From Arcobacteraceae bacterium (lineage in GTDB: Bacteria > Campylobacterota > Campylobacteria > Campylobacterales > Arcobacteraceae): DNA of 64,000 bases. Positions 1 to 10,523 of the stretch are shown here, piece after piece. Both the position numbers and the translations under genes were made by a program. Every line of letters starts with the position of its first letter. Positions within the stretch are counted from its first letter, which is position 1. Below the pieces are notes generated by a model, which saw nothing but the letters and a program-made list of their open reading frames with translations, did no database searches and was not told where the DNA came from. The stretch is taken from the NCBI GenBank assembly GCA_963662945.1, contig OY759974.1, forward strand, positions 384,001 through 448,000, read 5' to 3'.

Positions 1-790
1 CATCTCGCAATAACTCTTCAATAGTTCGTGTTGAGATTGCTCTTCTATAAAGATTAAAACTACTTACAGTTATAGTATTTGGAATATCACCTATAATAAT
101 ATCAACACCTAAACAAAACTCTAAAGCTTTAATGTTTCGTCCCTCTTTACCTATAATTTTACCCTTAGCTTCCTCATCGGGAAGTGGAATATTATTGATA
201 AGTCGTTCTGCTGCAAATTCTCCTGCATATCTAGTAACTGCATGGGAAAGCATATTGTTTATCTCTTTTACAGACTCATCTTTAGCTAGTTTATACTCTT
301 TTCTAAACATAGAAGCAATTGTTGCTCTATTTTCTTCTTGAACTTGCTCTAGCATAAGAGTTGTTGCCTCTTTTTGTGTCAGTCCACTTGCATTTTCAAG
401 TATTTTTGTTACTTTTTTTACTTTTTCTTCATAAACTTTTTTCAGATTTTCCAAACCAGTTTGTAATGCTTGAACTTCTGATTTTTTATTATGGGCAATA
501 TCTCTGTCTTTTTTAATCTTTAAAAGTTCTGTTTCCACTAAACTTTCTAATTCTATCTCTTTATTATCTAACTCTCTTTTCTTTTTATTAAACTCTCTAT
601 CAAAATCTTGTTTAGCTCTATGTTTTGCTTCTTTTAATAAAGATTGTGCTTCATGTTCAATAACTTTTGCTTTCGCTTTTGCCTTTTCTGTATATATCTC
701 AAATTTTGCATTATTTAATTTATTTGCTATAAAAAAACTGATAATTGATGCAAATATTGCTACAACAGAAACTATAATAATAATTTCCAT
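1..790 (-). CDS. rny: Ribonuclease Y (5' part; runs off the window start)
   Basis: Translated by hand from ATG at 790: N-terminal TM segment (MEIIIIVSVVAIFASIISFF), long coiled coil, then TRYAGEFAAERL and KH motif KGKIIGKEGRNIKALE. Not in the ORF track because it is truncated. Confidence 0.95.
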   Translation of the reverse strand, partial: MEIIIIVSVVAIFASIISFFIANKLNNAKFEIYTEKAKAKAKVIEHEAQSLLKEAKHRAKQDFDREFNKKKRELDNKEIELESLVETELLKIKKDRDIAHNKKSEVQALQTGLENLKKVYEEKVKKVTKILENASGLTQKEATTLMLEQVQEENRATIASMFRKEYKLAKDESVKEINNMLSHAVTRYAGEFAAERLINNIPLPDEEAKGKIIGKEGRNIKALEFCLGVDIIIGDIPNTITVSSFNLYRRAISTRTIEELLRD

Positions 791-800
791 TTTAAAACCT

Positions 801-1346
801 TTATGTTGTAATTATAAAATTTGGCTTTATATCATGTTCGGAAGTTACTATCGTCTTAGATTTACAAAGTTTTAGTTGGGTAAAAATAGTTATAGGTTTT
901 ATTTTTAATTTTTCATAAAACCTATCATACATTCCTGCCCCAAATCCAATTCTCCTATATGTTTCATCTATTCCAACAATTGGTACAATTACCATATCAA
1001 GCTTAATATTGCCATTACGAAATTTCGAAATATTTGGTTGTTTTATACCAAATCTTGCTTTTTTTAATGGTAATCTATACTTTACTGGAACAAATGATTC
1101 TCCTTTCATATATGGAACATAAACTTCTATATTTTTTCGTTTTCTCAAAATCTCTATCAATGGCTGCACATCTACTTCCATCGATAATGGTATATACAAT
1201 AATATAGTTTTAGGATTATAAAAATTTATAATATTTAAAATACTAAAACAAATATTTTTACTTTTTTTTCTTCTTGCATTTTTACTAAAAAATTGTAATC
1301 TATTTAAACAATACTTCCTAAAGTCCTCTTTAGTACTTTTTGACAT
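801..1346 (-). CDS. ygfA: 5-formyltetrahydrofolate cyclo-ligase
   Basis: Motifs FGIKQP, DMVIVPIVG, RIGFGAGMYDR; upstream of rny as usual in this group. Confidence 0.92.
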   Translation of the reverse strand: MSKSTKEDFRKYCLNRLQFFSKNARRKKSKNICFSILNIINFYNPKTILLYIPLSMEVDVQPLIEILRKRKNIEVYVPYMKGESFVPVKYRLPLKKARFGIKQPNISKFRNGNIKLDMVIVPIVGIDETYRRIGFGAGMYDRFYEKLKIKPITIFTQLKLCKSKTIVTSEHDIKPNFIITT

Positions 1347-1401
1347 CTCTAAGCCTTTTTAGGATAAAATCCAATTTATATTTTAACCTATGGAGACAAA
1401 A

Positions 1402-1983
1402 ATGAAGATTAAAAAAATCACAATATTAACTATTTTAACATTAGCACTTTTTACAGGTTGTGGTGACAAAGAAAAAATTGATGATAGTGTCGTTGCAAAT
1501 GATAAAGCACAAGAACAATCTATGGTATTTAATTTAAAAACTTCTGATGGTAAAGATTTAAAAGTTATTGCAAAAAAAGAGGGATGGGTTTTTACAGGAT
1601 ATGAGAATAAAGTTGTATTATTAAACTTTTTTGGAACTTGGTGTCCCCCTTGTAAAGCTGAAATACCACATCTATTAAATATTAGAAAACAACTCAAAGA
1701 CAATTTTGAAATTATCGCTATTGATGTTGGAAAACGTGGTGGAGGTTTAAATACTCAAGAAGAGTTAAATAGTTTTATCAAAGAATTTGAAGTAACTTAT
1801 CCAATAGTAACTGGTGCAGACAATGGAAAACTATTTGGGGCCGTAAGTGACTTAAATCCAAGTGGTTCTATCCCATTTATGATTCTTTTTAATAAAAAAG
1901 GGCAATTTATGAAACCATATATTGGTATGAAACCAGAAGAGATGCTTTTTAGTGATATAAGTCAAACTATTGAGATGAAATAA
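1402..1983 (+). CDS. TlpA-family thiol-disulfide oxidoreductase lipoprotein
   Basis: Lipobox LFTGC, VLLNFFGTWCPPC, cis-Pro IP; GGAG at 1392-1395 favours ATG 1402 over 1390. Confidence 0.88.
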   Translation: MKIKKITILTILTLALFTGCGDKEKIDDSVVANDKAQEQSMVFNLKTSDGKDLKVIAKKEGWVFTGYENKVVLLNFFGTWCPPCKAEIPHLLNIRKQLKDNFEIIAIDVGKRGGGLNTQEELNSFIKEFEVTYPIVTGADNGKLFGAVSDLNPSGSIPFMILFNKKGQFMKPYIGMKPEEMLFSDISQTIEMK

Positions 1984-1984
1984 T

Positions 1985-2923
1985 ATGTTCGGAATTTTTC
2001 GAAAAAAAGAAAAAGAAACTCTCCAACAAGAAACACAAGAGGAGACAATAGAAAAGAAAAATTTTCTTGCTCGTGCTTTAAATAAAACTGTTTCAAATAT
2101 CAAATCAATTGTCCCTCAAAAACAAGAAAAAATTGCTTTTGATACTATTGAAGAGATTCTAATTGAAGCTGATATGGAATATGAAATCATAGAAAAAGCG
2201 ATGGATGGTCTTCCGGATATGATTACAAGAGATCAGTTAAGACACAGACTTGTAATGCTTTTTGAACATGCTCCAATTATTGACCAAGAAAATATACCAA
2301 AACCTTTTGTTGAACTTATCATCGGTGTAAATGGTGCAGGGAAAACAACAACTATAGCAAAACTGGCAAATATGTACAAAAAAAATGGCGAAAGTGTTAT
2401 TCTTGGAGCTGGAGATACTTTTCGAGCTGCTGCAATTGAACAACTTTCAACTTGGGCAAATAAACTTGATGTTCCAATTATAAAAACAAAACATGGACAT
2501 GATCCAAGTGCCGTTGCCTATGATACAATACATTCTGCAATTTCGAAAAATATTAACCATGCTATTATTGATACAGCAGGAAGATTACAAACACAAACAA
2601 ATCTTGCAAATGAGTTAAAGAAAATTGTAAAAACCTGTAATAAAGCATACGAAGGTGCACCACATCAAAAAATAATGATACTTGATGGAACACAAGGTAA
2701 TACAGCTATTGCACAAGCCAAAGCATTTAATGAAATGGTTGGAATTGATGGAATCATAGTTACAAAACTAGATGGTACAGCAAAAGGTGGAGCTTTATTT
2801 TCTATATCAAATCAACTGGAACTTCCTATTTTTTACATAGGTATTGGTGAAAAAGCAGATGATTTAATGGAATTTAGTCCTGATAATTTTGTTGATAGTT
2901 TATTAGATGAGATTTATAACTAA
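1985..2923 (+). CDS. ftsY: Signal recognition particle receptor FtsY
   Basis: GVNGAGKTTT, DTFRAAA, DTAGR, TKLDGTAKGG motifs. Confidence 0.97.
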   Translation: MFGIFRKKEKETLQQETQEETIEKKNFLARALNKTVSNIKSIVPQKQEKIAFDTIEEILIEADMEYEIIEKAMDGLPDMITRDQLRHRLVMLFEHAPIIDQENIPKPFVELIIGVNGAGKTTTIAKLANMYKKNGESVILGAGDTFRAAAIEQLSTWANKLDVPIIKTKHGHDPSAVAYDTIHSAISKNINHAIIDTAGRLQTQTNLANELKKIVKTCNKAYEGAPHQKIMILDGTQGNTAIAQAKAFNEMVGIDGIIVTKLDGTAKGGALFSISNQLELPIFYIGIGEKADDLMEFSPDNFVDSLLDEIYN

Positions 2924-3099
2924 TGTCAAAAAATAAACTAGAACCTTGCAGAAACTGTAAAAGTGAAATTGAGCTAAAAAGTAGAAGATGTCCTTACTGT
3001 GGAATTTTAAATCCCACAGTAAAAGTACCTGAGATACTCATAACTATTTTTGCTATTCTAATAATTATGGGTTTTGTGAGTTATTTTATTAATAATTAA
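2923..3099 (+). CDS. 58-aa zinc-ribbon membrane microprotein (not in ORF track)
   Basis: ATG overlaps the ftsY stop (TAATG); MSKNKLEPCRNCKSEIELKSRRCPYCGILNPTVKVPEILITIFAILIIMGFVSYFINN has two CxxC knuckles and a C-terminal TM helix. Confidence 0.8.
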   Translation: MSKNKLEPCRNCKSEIELKSRRCPYCGILNPTVKVPEILITIFAILIIMGFVSYFINN

Positions 3100-3685
3100 C
3101 AAACATCTTAGCAGTCATACCATTCTCTGTCATTTCAACTTTTAAATCGCTTCCTACTGAATCTCTTCCTTCACTAAGCATACCTTGAATTGTTTGTAAA
3201 ACATGCCAATATTTTTCATAAAAAGGTGTATCAATTTCTTTAATTCTTTCTCTTTTTATTACTGTAGAAATATCTTTAACACAATGAAGATAATAAATCT
3301 TATTTACTGCTCTTTGTATTCTATATTGTTGCATTATATTTAAATTATTTATCCAAATATCTTTTTCTATCTCTTTTAAATCTGTTCTTTGTTTTACTTG
3401 TTCAATCTCTTCTTGTAAATGTTCTTCATATTTTATCTCTTCTTGCATTACTGCTTCTTTGAGATGTGGTTCATACTCATGCATAATATTCAATAATTCA
3501 TCATCGCTAAATCTTTTTGTATTTGTATCATAACTGTATGATTTTTTTTCTTCATAATCTTTATCAATAGCTTTCAATATTTGTACAGCAATAATTAAAT
3601 AAACATATTTATCTTCTTTTCCATCTTTAAACTGAATTCCATGATGAGATATTTCAGGTCTTGGTCCAGCATATTTTATAGTCAT
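3089..3685 (-). CDS. Hypothetical protein (198 aa, helical)
   Basis: Long ORF with strong AAGGAG RBS and its own TATAAT; no recognised motif. Confidence 0.75.
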   Translation of the reverse strand: MTIKYAGPRPEISHHGIQFKDGKEDKYVYLIIAVQILKAIDKDYEEKKSYSYDTNTKRFSDDELLNIMHEYEPHLKEAVMQEEIKYEEHLQEEIEQVKQRTDLKEIEKDIWINNLNIMQQYRIQRAVNKIYYLHCVKDISTVIKRERIKEIDTPFYEKYWHVLQTIQGMLSEGRDSVGSDLKVEMTENGMTAKMFVNY

Positions 3686-3728
3686 AACAAACTCCTTTTA
3701 TATACTTAAATTATATATCATATTAAAT

Positions 3729-3759
3729 AAAAAAAGGGATTATTTCTAATCCCTTTTTT
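3729..3759. terminator. Rho-independent terminator downstream of acs
   Basis: AAAAAAAGGGATTA-TTTC-TAATCCCTTTTTT hairpin with U tracts on both strands. Confidence 0.8.
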
Positions 3760-3796
3760 GTTATTGTAATATATTTGTAACTAATTATAAAAAATT

Positions 3797-5758
3797 TTAT
3801 CTATTTACAATCTCTTCTATTTTTCCAACTATACTTGGGTCTTCTAATGTTGAAGTGTCTTGTGTGATTGCTTCACCTTTTACGATACTTCGTAAAATTC
3901 TTCTCATAATTTTACCACTTCTAGTTTTTGGAAGATCAGGAACAAATGCCATATCATCACATAATGCAATCGCACCAATTTCATTTTTAATGATATTGTT
4001 TATCTCTTTCATTAATTCAAACTCATCTGCTGTTTGATCATTTTCATTTGATGGTACTGCTTTTAATACAACATAAGCGAAAATACCTTCACCTTTAATA
4101 TCATGAGGTTTTCCTACAACTGCAACTGCTGCTACATTATCATGTTTTTTGATAGCTGCTTCAACTTCTGCTGTACCCATTCTATGACCTGAAACATTGA
4201 TAACATCGTCAGTTCGTCCAGTAATTGTGATATAACCATCGTCACTCATCATTGCACCATCACCTGTAAAATAAACTGGTTTCCCATCTTTTTTACAATC
4301 ACCAAAATAAGATTTTACAAATCTATCACTATCATTCCAGATGTTTCTTATCATAGATGGCCAAGGTTTTGTTATACACATAAAACCTTTTTCCCCTATT
4401 TCTGTTGGTGTTCCATCTGCTTCAATAATATCAGCAATAATTCCAGGAAGTGGGAAAGTTGCACAAGCTGGTTTAATAGGTGTTGCAGCAGGAAGTGGAG
4501 AGATCATATGACCACCTGTTTCTGTTTGCCAATAAGTATCAACAATTGAACATTGGCTTCCACCTACTTCTTCATAGTACCATTTCCAAGCAGGTGGATC
4601 TATAGGCTCACCAACTGTTCCTAAAATTCTTAAACTACTTAAATCATATTTACTTGGCTCATCTGCACCTGTTTTATGTAAAAGTCTAATTGCTGTTGGT
4701 GCTGTATAGAATTGGTTGATTTTATACTCTTCTACCATTTTCCAACATCTTCCTGCATCTGGGAAAGTAGGAACACCTTCAAACATAACTGTAGTTGCAC
4801 CTGCTGCTAATGGTCCATATACAATATATGTATGACCTGTAATCCATCCAATATCTGCTGTACACCAGTAAGTATCATTGTCTTTTATATCAAATACCCA
4901 CTCCATTGTCATTTGCGCCCATAGAATATATCCTGCACTTGAGTGTTGTACCCCTTTTGGTTTTCCTGTTGAACCAGATGTATATAATAAAAATAATGGA
5001 TCTTCTGATTCCATTGGTTCAGCTTCACAAACTGAAGATTCTGATTTTACAAGTTCATTGTAAGAGTAATCTCTCCCTGCAACCCATTCAATATCTTCAC
5101 CATTTCGCTCAACTATACATACTTTTTTAACACATTCACAACCACTTTTTAAAGCCTCATCAACAACAGGCTTTAACATATAAGGTTTCCCTTTTCTAAA
5201 TGCACCATCAGCAGTAACAACAAGTTTAGCTTCAGCATCTATAATTCTATCTCTTAAAGCTTCAGCAGAAAATCCACCAAATACTATAGAATGAATCGCA
5301 CCAATTTTTGCACATGCTAGCATTGTAACAGCAGCTTCAGGAATCATAGGCATATATACTACAACTCTATCACCTTTTTTGATATCAAATTTGTTTTTAA
5401 ACATATTTGCAGTTTTATTTACTTCATACGCTAATTCTCTATATGTAAGTATTCTTTGGTCTCCATTGTCACCTTCAAAAATAATCGCCGCTTTATTTTT
5501 CTTTGTATTAAGGTGTCTATCAACACATTGGTGTGCAACATTCATTTGTCCACCTACAAACCATTTATAAAATGGTGCATTACTCTCATCTAATATCGTA
5601 TCATACTTTTTAAACCAGTCAATTTTTTCATCAGCAAATGAAGCCCAAGTACCCTCGTAATCAGCCTTAAACTTATCCATTAATTCATTATATTCACACA
5701 TATTTTTTATCAAAGGCTCATTGAACTTTGATTTAATTGGATTAAAAATATTTTCCAC
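3797..5758 (-). CDS. acs: AMP-forming acetyl-CoA synthetase
   Basis: [19 protein letters not shown]-like YWQTETGG, acetylation-site motif [11 protein letters not shown]. Confidence 0.97.
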   Translation of the reverse strand: MENIFNPIKSKFNEPLIKNMCEYNELMDKFKADYEGTWASFADEKIDWFKKYDTILDESNAPFYKWFVGGQMNVAHQCVDRHLNTKKNKAAIIFEGDNGDQRILTYRELAYEVNKTANMFKNKFDIKKGDRVVVYMPMIPEAAVTMLACAKIGAIHSIVFGGFSAEALRDRIIDAEAKLVVTADGAFRKGKPYMLKPVVDEALKSGCECVKKVCIVERNGEDIEWVAGRDYSYNELVKSESSVCEAEPMESEDPLFLLYTSGSTGKPKGVQHSSAGYILWAQMTMEWVFDIKDNDTYWCTADIGWITGHTYIVYGPLAAGATTVMFEGVPTFPDAGRCWKMVEEYKINQFYTAPTAIRLLHKTGADEPSKYDLSSLRILGTVGEPIDPPAWKWYYEEVGGSQCSIVDTYWQTETGGHMISPLPAATPIKPACATFPLPGIIADIIEADGTPTEIGEKGFMCITKPWPSMIRNIWNDSDRFVKSYFGDCKKDGKPVYFTGDGAMMSDDGYITITGRTDDVINVSGHRMGTAEVEAAIKKHDNVAAVAVVGKPHDIKGEGIFAYVVLKAVPSNENDQTADEFELMKEINNIIKNEIGAIALCDDMAFVPDLPKTRSGKIMRRILRSIVKGEAITQDTSTLEDPSIVGKIEEIVNR

Positions 5759-5805
5759 TGCAATCTCTCCTAAAATTTATATCGTTTTATTATAAATTTA
5801 TTATA

Positions 5806-5823
5806 TAGCATTTTAATAGCATT
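5806..5823 (-). promoter_or_regulatory. AATGCTA-N4-AATGCTA direct repeat upstream of acs
   Basis: 11-bp-period heptamer repeat abutting a TATAAT (5800-5805); same motif at 10506-10523. Confidence 0.6.
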
Positions 5824-5921
5824 TTAAAATATAAAGGAATCTAAACTTCAAAAATATTTTTTCGTTACGTAATGTAACAAAAATGTAACTTTCAAATCTT
5901 AAACTAGCCTTTTTTCAAGAA

Positions 5922-6518
5922 TTATTTAAGTTTAAGAAAAATCATTGAAGTCATAATTACATCATTTATTGCATCATGTTTTCCAAGTCTTGGTAGAGAT
6001 AATTTATTCATAATTACATCAAATCTTAAATCGATATTTCCCTCGGGATACTTTTTTATCATGGTATCATAATATAAAGATGAAACTTCAATTTTTTTAT
6101 TTGGAAGTGTTATACCTAACTTTGGTTTGATATATTTATTAATCATAGCACAATCAAATTCTAAAAAATATCCTACAAGTGGACGATTTCCTATAAAGTC
6201 CAAAAATTCTTCAATAACAAGATCAATATCTTGTGCATTTTGTATATCACACTCCCTTATATGATGTATTTTTATACTTTCACTACTTAAAGGTTTTGTT
6301 GTTTTAGCAAATCTTTCAAACTTTTGACTATGAAGTATTTGATTTCCTTTTATTATTATTGCACCTATAGAAATAATCTCATCTACTTTTGGATTTAAAC
6401 CTGTAGTTTCACAGTCAAAACAGACATATTCATCATCTTTATTTACTTCAAAAAGATAGTTATAATCACTATTTTTTAAACGTTTTTTATTGAAGTATTG
6501 TTTTACTTTCTCAAACAT
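5922..6518 (-). CDS. DEDDh 3'-5' exonuclease-like protein (DnaQ/epsilon-like)
   Basis: ExoI DCETTG, ExoII YFLEFD, ExoIII HDAIND all intact. Confidence 0.92.
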   Translation of the reverse strand: MFEKVKQYFNKKRLKNSDYNYLFEVNKDDEYVCFDCETTGLNPKVDEIISIGAIIIKGNQILHSQKFERFAKTTKPLSSESIKIHHIRECDIQNAQDIDLVIEEFLDFIGNRPLVGYFLEFDCAMINKYIKPKLGITLPNKKIEVSSLYYDTMIKKYPEGNIDLRFDVIMNKLSLPRLGKHDAINDVIMTSMIFLKLK

Positions 6519-6522
6519 TTTA

Positions 6523-8358
6523 TTAACTTACCATATTTAATTTACAGTGATATGTAATAAATTTTTTAAATTTATTCACTATTTTAAAACTATCTTTTAA
6601 TAAATCTTTTTCTAAAACAGTTAGTTTTGATGGATTTATATAATTATCTAACTCTTCTTTTTTATCTATTTTATCTAATCGAAATTTGAGTCTTAGTGTT
6701 AAAAGGAAATTAAATGACTCAATAAGTTCATTTGTAAACTCTCTATCAAGTATACCTAAATCATTTAACTCTTTCAGTCTTTCAACAGTATTTGTCTCCT
6801 TAAGATTTTTTTCTATTGCTAAAGTTCTTACTCCATGTACAATTGGGAAAATACCACCTTTTTTAATGTCTAATTCATCTTTATGATGTGTTTTATCAAC
6901 TACAAAATCACTAAATAATCCCAAAGGTGTTTCAAAAGAAACTATAGGTTTTGCGAAAAATGGATAAAAAGATGGTGCATTTGCACAAACTGTAAAAAGA
7001 TATTCTTTCAATATATTCAATAATTCTTTATCCCCTGTAATAGCAACAGCATCATAAAAAATTGCCAAATACATATAGTTTTCTTCATTTGGTTTATGTA
7101 TCCAATCAAAAATAGTTTCTTGAAAACTTGTAATATTTTGTACCCAAAACGGATTTGAAACCATAATATTACCATCACACAATGGATATCCAAATTCTAC
7201 AAGATGCTCTGTAAATGTTTTTGTATATTTCATAATCTCATTGTAATCCATACTACAATCATCAGAGAGTACCAAAGCATTATCTTGATCGGTTCTAAGG
7301 ATCTGTTCACTTCTTCCCTCACTTCCCATAATAATGAGAGTTGATTTTGATTTTAATTCTTCAGGTGCTGTAAGTTCAAAAAGTTTTTCAAATAATTTTT
7401 CATTCAATTGTGAGATAAGTTTAGATATATATCTTACTTTTACCCCTTTTTCATATAAAACCCTAATGGTTCTTATAAATTTACTACTTGCTTCTTTTAA
7501 CTCTTCTATTGTTTTTGCATCTTCAATTAATCTACTTGTTGAATGTGTATGAGAAGCAAAGAAACTACTTAAACTTACAATATCTAAAATCCCAATAATC
7601 TCTCCTTCTTTTTTTACTACAAGTCTTTTTAGATTGTGTTTAGCCATTTGTAATTGAGCATTAAATAAAAAATCAGAAGCTTCTATATATTTTAATCCAT
7701 AAGTTGTTATCTGACTGACAGGACCATCTAAATCCATTCTTTTAAGTGCAACTTTTTTTACAAAACTTGAATCTGTTACAATCCCTACTTCTCCATCTGC
7801 TCTTCTAACTAAAATAGATTGGATATTATTTGAAGTAAGTTGTACAACTGCACCATATATTGTCTCACGTTCATCGATATAAATTGGCTTTTGTAAATAA
7901 GCATCTTCAACTTTAGACATTGCAAAATCTAAGAGTTTTTTCTTCTCTTCATTTTGCATACTTAAATTTAGTTTTTCAGAGATTGTTGAGAAAAAATAAC
8001 TCTCTAATGCACTATTTTGATACATATATTTCAAAAATATCTCTTTTGGTAATGCATAAAGAATCGATTCTTGAACTGTTACAAAAGTATGTTTAATTTT
8101 ATTTTCGATAAGTGTAATTGGATCAAAATACTCACTTGTAGAGTATACAGAAATCACCTCTTCTTCAAGCTTTTCTTGAACAACACCTTTAATAATAAAA
8201 TAGAGAAATTCAGCATTTTTTGCAGGAGATAAAAGCTGTTCTCCCTCTTTAAAGTATAATATATCTAAGTAACTACAAACCTCTTCAAGCTCATTACTCA
8301 ACAAATTATCAAATGGTTTAATATTTTTAATAAAACTTTTTATCTCTAAAAGACTCAT
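6523..8358 (-). CDS. cNMP-binding + CBS pair + nucleotidyltransferase (DUF294/DUF294_C) protein
   Basis: N-terminal cNMP-like domain (LYFIIKGVV), CBS pair, NTase motif GSEGRSEQ..TDQDN, C-terminal DIKKGGIFPIVHGVR. Confidence 0.92.
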   Translation of the reverse strand: MSLLEIKSFIKNIKPFDNLLSNELEEVCSYLDILYFKEGEQLLSPAKNAEFLYFIIKGVVQEKLEEEVISVYSTSEYFDPITLIENKIKHTFVTVQESILYALPKEIFLKYMYQNSALESYFFSTISEKLNLSMQNEEKKKLLDFAMSKVEDAYLQKPIYIDERETIYGAVVQLTSNNIQSILVRRADGEVGIVTDSSFVKKVALKRMDLDGPVSQITTYGLKYIEASDFLFNAQLQMAKHNLKRLVVKKEGEIIGILDIVSLSSFFASHTHSTSRLIEDAKTIEELKEASSKFIRTIRVLYEKGVKVRYISKLISQLNEKLFEKLFELTAPEELKSKSTLIIMGSEGRSEQILRTDQDNALVLSDDCSMDYNEIMKYTKTFTEHLVEFGYPLCDGNIMVSNPFWVQNITSFQETIFDWIHKPNEENYMYLAIFYDAVAITGDKELLNILKEYLFTVCANAPSFYPFFAKPIVSFETPLGLFSDFVVDKTHHKDELDIKKGGIFPIVHGVRTLAIEKNLKETNTVERLKELNDLGILDREFTNELIESFNFLLTLRLKFRLDKIDKKEELDNYINPSKLTVLEKDLLKDSFKIVNKFKKFITYHCKLNMVS

Positions 8359-8407
8359 AGATGTTCCTTTTCTTTTCTTATATAATCGTAATACAAATTA
8401 CATAAAA

Positions 8408-8431
8408 AAAGCCCCTTATAAAAGGGGCTTT
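8408..8431 (-). terminator. Rho-independent terminator after actP
   Basis: AAAGCCCCTT-ATAA-AAGGGGCTTT hairpin followed by a T7 tract on the minus strand. Confidence 0.8.
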
Positions 8432-8474
8432 AACATTGATTTTAAATTCTAACTAAACTTTGTCTCATTTGCTT

Positions 8475-10142
8475 TTAGTGATTTACCGCACTATCAGCAC
8501 CAATACCAGTTTGACATCTGATATCTTGAGCATCAAATTCATCTTTACATCTTTGTGCATCTTCACTATTATCAGTAATAGAGAAGAACCAAATAGCAAT
8601 AAATGCCATAGGTACAGAGAATACAGCTGGGAATTTATATGGAACAATTGCTTGTCCGTATCCTAAAATACTTGTCCATACAACTGGTCCTAAAATAACA
8701 AGAACAAGTGCAGAGATAAGTCCAACATATCCACCAATTACAGCACCTCTAGTTGTTAAACCTTTCCAGAAGATTGACATAAACAATACTGGGAAGTTAG
8801 CAGATGCAGCAATAGTAAATGCTAGTGCAACAACGAACGCAATATTTTGTTTTTCAAATGCAATACCAAAAATAATTGCAGCAACACCAATAGCAAGAGT
8901 AGCATATTTAGAAACTCTCATCTCTTGTAACTCATCAACTTTTTCACCCTCTTTTGCAAACGCATTTGCATAAAGGTCATGTGAAATTGCTGAAGCACCA
9001 GCTAGTGTAAGACCAGATACAACCGCTAAGATTGTAGCAAAAGCAACCGCAGAGATAAATCCTAAGAAGTAATCACCACCAACAGCGTGAGCTAACCAAA
9101 CAGCTGCCATATTATTCATACCTTTTAATGTATTTGTAGCAGTATCCCAGTAAATATTACCTTCAGCACCAAGTACTAATACAATTGCACCAAATCCCAT
9201 AATAAATGTAAGAATATAGAAGTAACCGATTAAACCAGTTGCAACAAATACTGACTTTCTAGCTTCTTTAGCATCAGCAACAGTAAAGAATCTCATAAGA
9301 ATATGAGGAAGACCAGCTGTACCAAACATTAAAGCAATACCAAGTGAAATTGCTGAAATAGGATCAGATACAAGCCCTCCTGGAGTCATAATTGATAAAC
9401 CTTTTGGATGTATTTCAGTTGCAGCTTTAAATAATGCTTCAAAAGAGAATCCAAATTGAGCCATAACCATAATTGACATAAATGTTGTACCAGCTAAAAG
9501 TAAAATAGCTTTAATAATTTGTACCCAAGTAGTTGCAAGCATACCACCGAAAGCCACATATAATACCATCAATGCACCAACTAAAATAACAGCAAATTCG
9601 TACTCTAAACCAAATAAAATTTGGATTAATTTACCAGAACCAACCATTTGTGCAATAAGGTAAAGAATAACAACTGAAATTGAACCAAGAGCAGCTAAAA
9701 TTCTGATAGGTTTTTGTCTTAATCTATATGCAGTAACATCAGCAAATGTATATTTACCAAGATTTCTTAATTGCTCAGAGATCATAAATAAAATTACAGG
9801 CCAACCAACAAGGAAACCAATAGAGAAAATAAGTCCATCATATCCTTTTAAGTATACCATACCAGTAATACCAAGGAAAGATGCAGCAGACATATAATCT
9901 CCAGCTATCGCTGTACCATTTTGAGTTCCTGTGATACCACCACCAGCAGTATAAAAGTCACTTGCACTTTTTGTTCTTTTTGAAGCCCAGTAAGTAATAC
10001 CTAATGTAGCAAATACAAATAAAAAGAACATAACAATTGCCGGCACATTTATATCTTGTTTTGTTCCTGCACCAAGATCAGCACCAGCTGCAAAAGCAAC
10101 TCCAGCAAACACAACTAAAAGAGAAAAAATTCTACTTAACAT
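8475..10142 (-). CDS. actP: Cation/acetate symporter (SSS family)
   Basis: [40 protein letters not shown]; adjacent to DUF485 and acs. Confidence 0.95.
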   Translation of the reverse strand: MLSRIFSLLVVFAGVAFAAGADLGAGTKQDINVPAIVMFFLFVFATLGITYWASKRTKSASDFYTAGGGITGTQNGTAIAGDYMSAASFLGITGMVYLKGYDGLIFSIGFLVGWPVILFMISEQLRNLGKYTFADVTAYRLRQKPIRILAALGSISVVILYLIAQMVGSGKLIQILFGLEYEFAVILVGALMVLYVAFGGMLATTWVQIIKAILLLAGTTFMSIMVMAQFGFSFEALFKAATEIHPKGLSIMTPGGLVSDPISAISLGIALMFGTAGLPHILMRFFTVADAKEARKSVFVATGLIGYFYILTFIMGFGAIVLVLGAEGNIYWDTATNTLKGMNNMAAVWLAHAVGGDYFLGFISAVAFATILAVVSGLTLAGASAISHDLYANAFAKEGEKVDELQEMRVSKYATLAIGVAAIIFGIAFEKQNIAFVVALAFTIAASANFPVLFMSIFWKGLTTRGAVIGGYVGLISALVLVILGPVVWTSILGYGQAIVPYKFPAVFSVPMAFIAIWFFSITDNSEDAQRCKDEFDAQDIRCQTGIGADSAVNH

Positions 10143-10459
10143 TATTTCATCTCCTTTGCGATATCTTCTTTAACTTTTTTTGTTAAATCATCAAATTCAC
10201 TATTCGCTCTTTTTACATAAACACCTGTCATTATAAATGAAAATAAAATAAGTGCCATACCTATAGGTATACCTATTGTAGCTACACCTCCACTTATACT
10301 TTGACCCAATGTCTCTGGACTAAATGCAATATATAAAATAAATGCATAATAAACCACTAACATAGTTATAGTTAGTTTCCAAGAAAAAGCACTTCTTTTT
10401 GAAACAAGTTCAATATAAGAAGGATTCGACTTGATTTTTTCTACCATTGTTTTATCCAC
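10142..10459 (-). CDS. DUF485 / YjcH-like small membrane subunit of ActP
   Basis: Two TM helices, [10 protein letters not shown] motif, stop/start overlap with actP. Confidence 0.9.
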   Translation of the reverse strand: MDKTMVEKIKSNPSYIELVSKRSAFSWKLTITMLVVYYAFILYIAFSPETLGQSISGGVATIGIPIGMALILFSFIMTGVYVKRANSEFDDLTKKVKEDIAKEMK

Positions 10460-10505
10460 AATATTCTCCTTTTTTTAATATCAAAATGATTGTATGGGTA
10501 CTTTG

Positions 10506-10523
10506 TAGCATTAAAGTAGCATT
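10506..10523 (-). promoter_or_regulatory. AATGCTA-N4-AATGCTA direct repeat upstream of DUF485-actP
   Basis: Identical heptamers and spacing to the acs site; candidate -10 TACAAT at 10489-10494. Confidence 0.6.

Noticed and set aside
1347-1401. 6S RNA, often found upstream of ygfA
   Set aside because: The spacer is only about 55 bp and AT-rich, too short for 6S RNA.
5922-6518. Calling the exonuclease the replicative dnaQ or an anti-phage effector paired with a CD-NTase
   Set aside because: It is short and coupled to a DUF294 protein in a metabolic locus. The NTase has cNMP/CBS/GlnE-like architecture, not CBASS-type.
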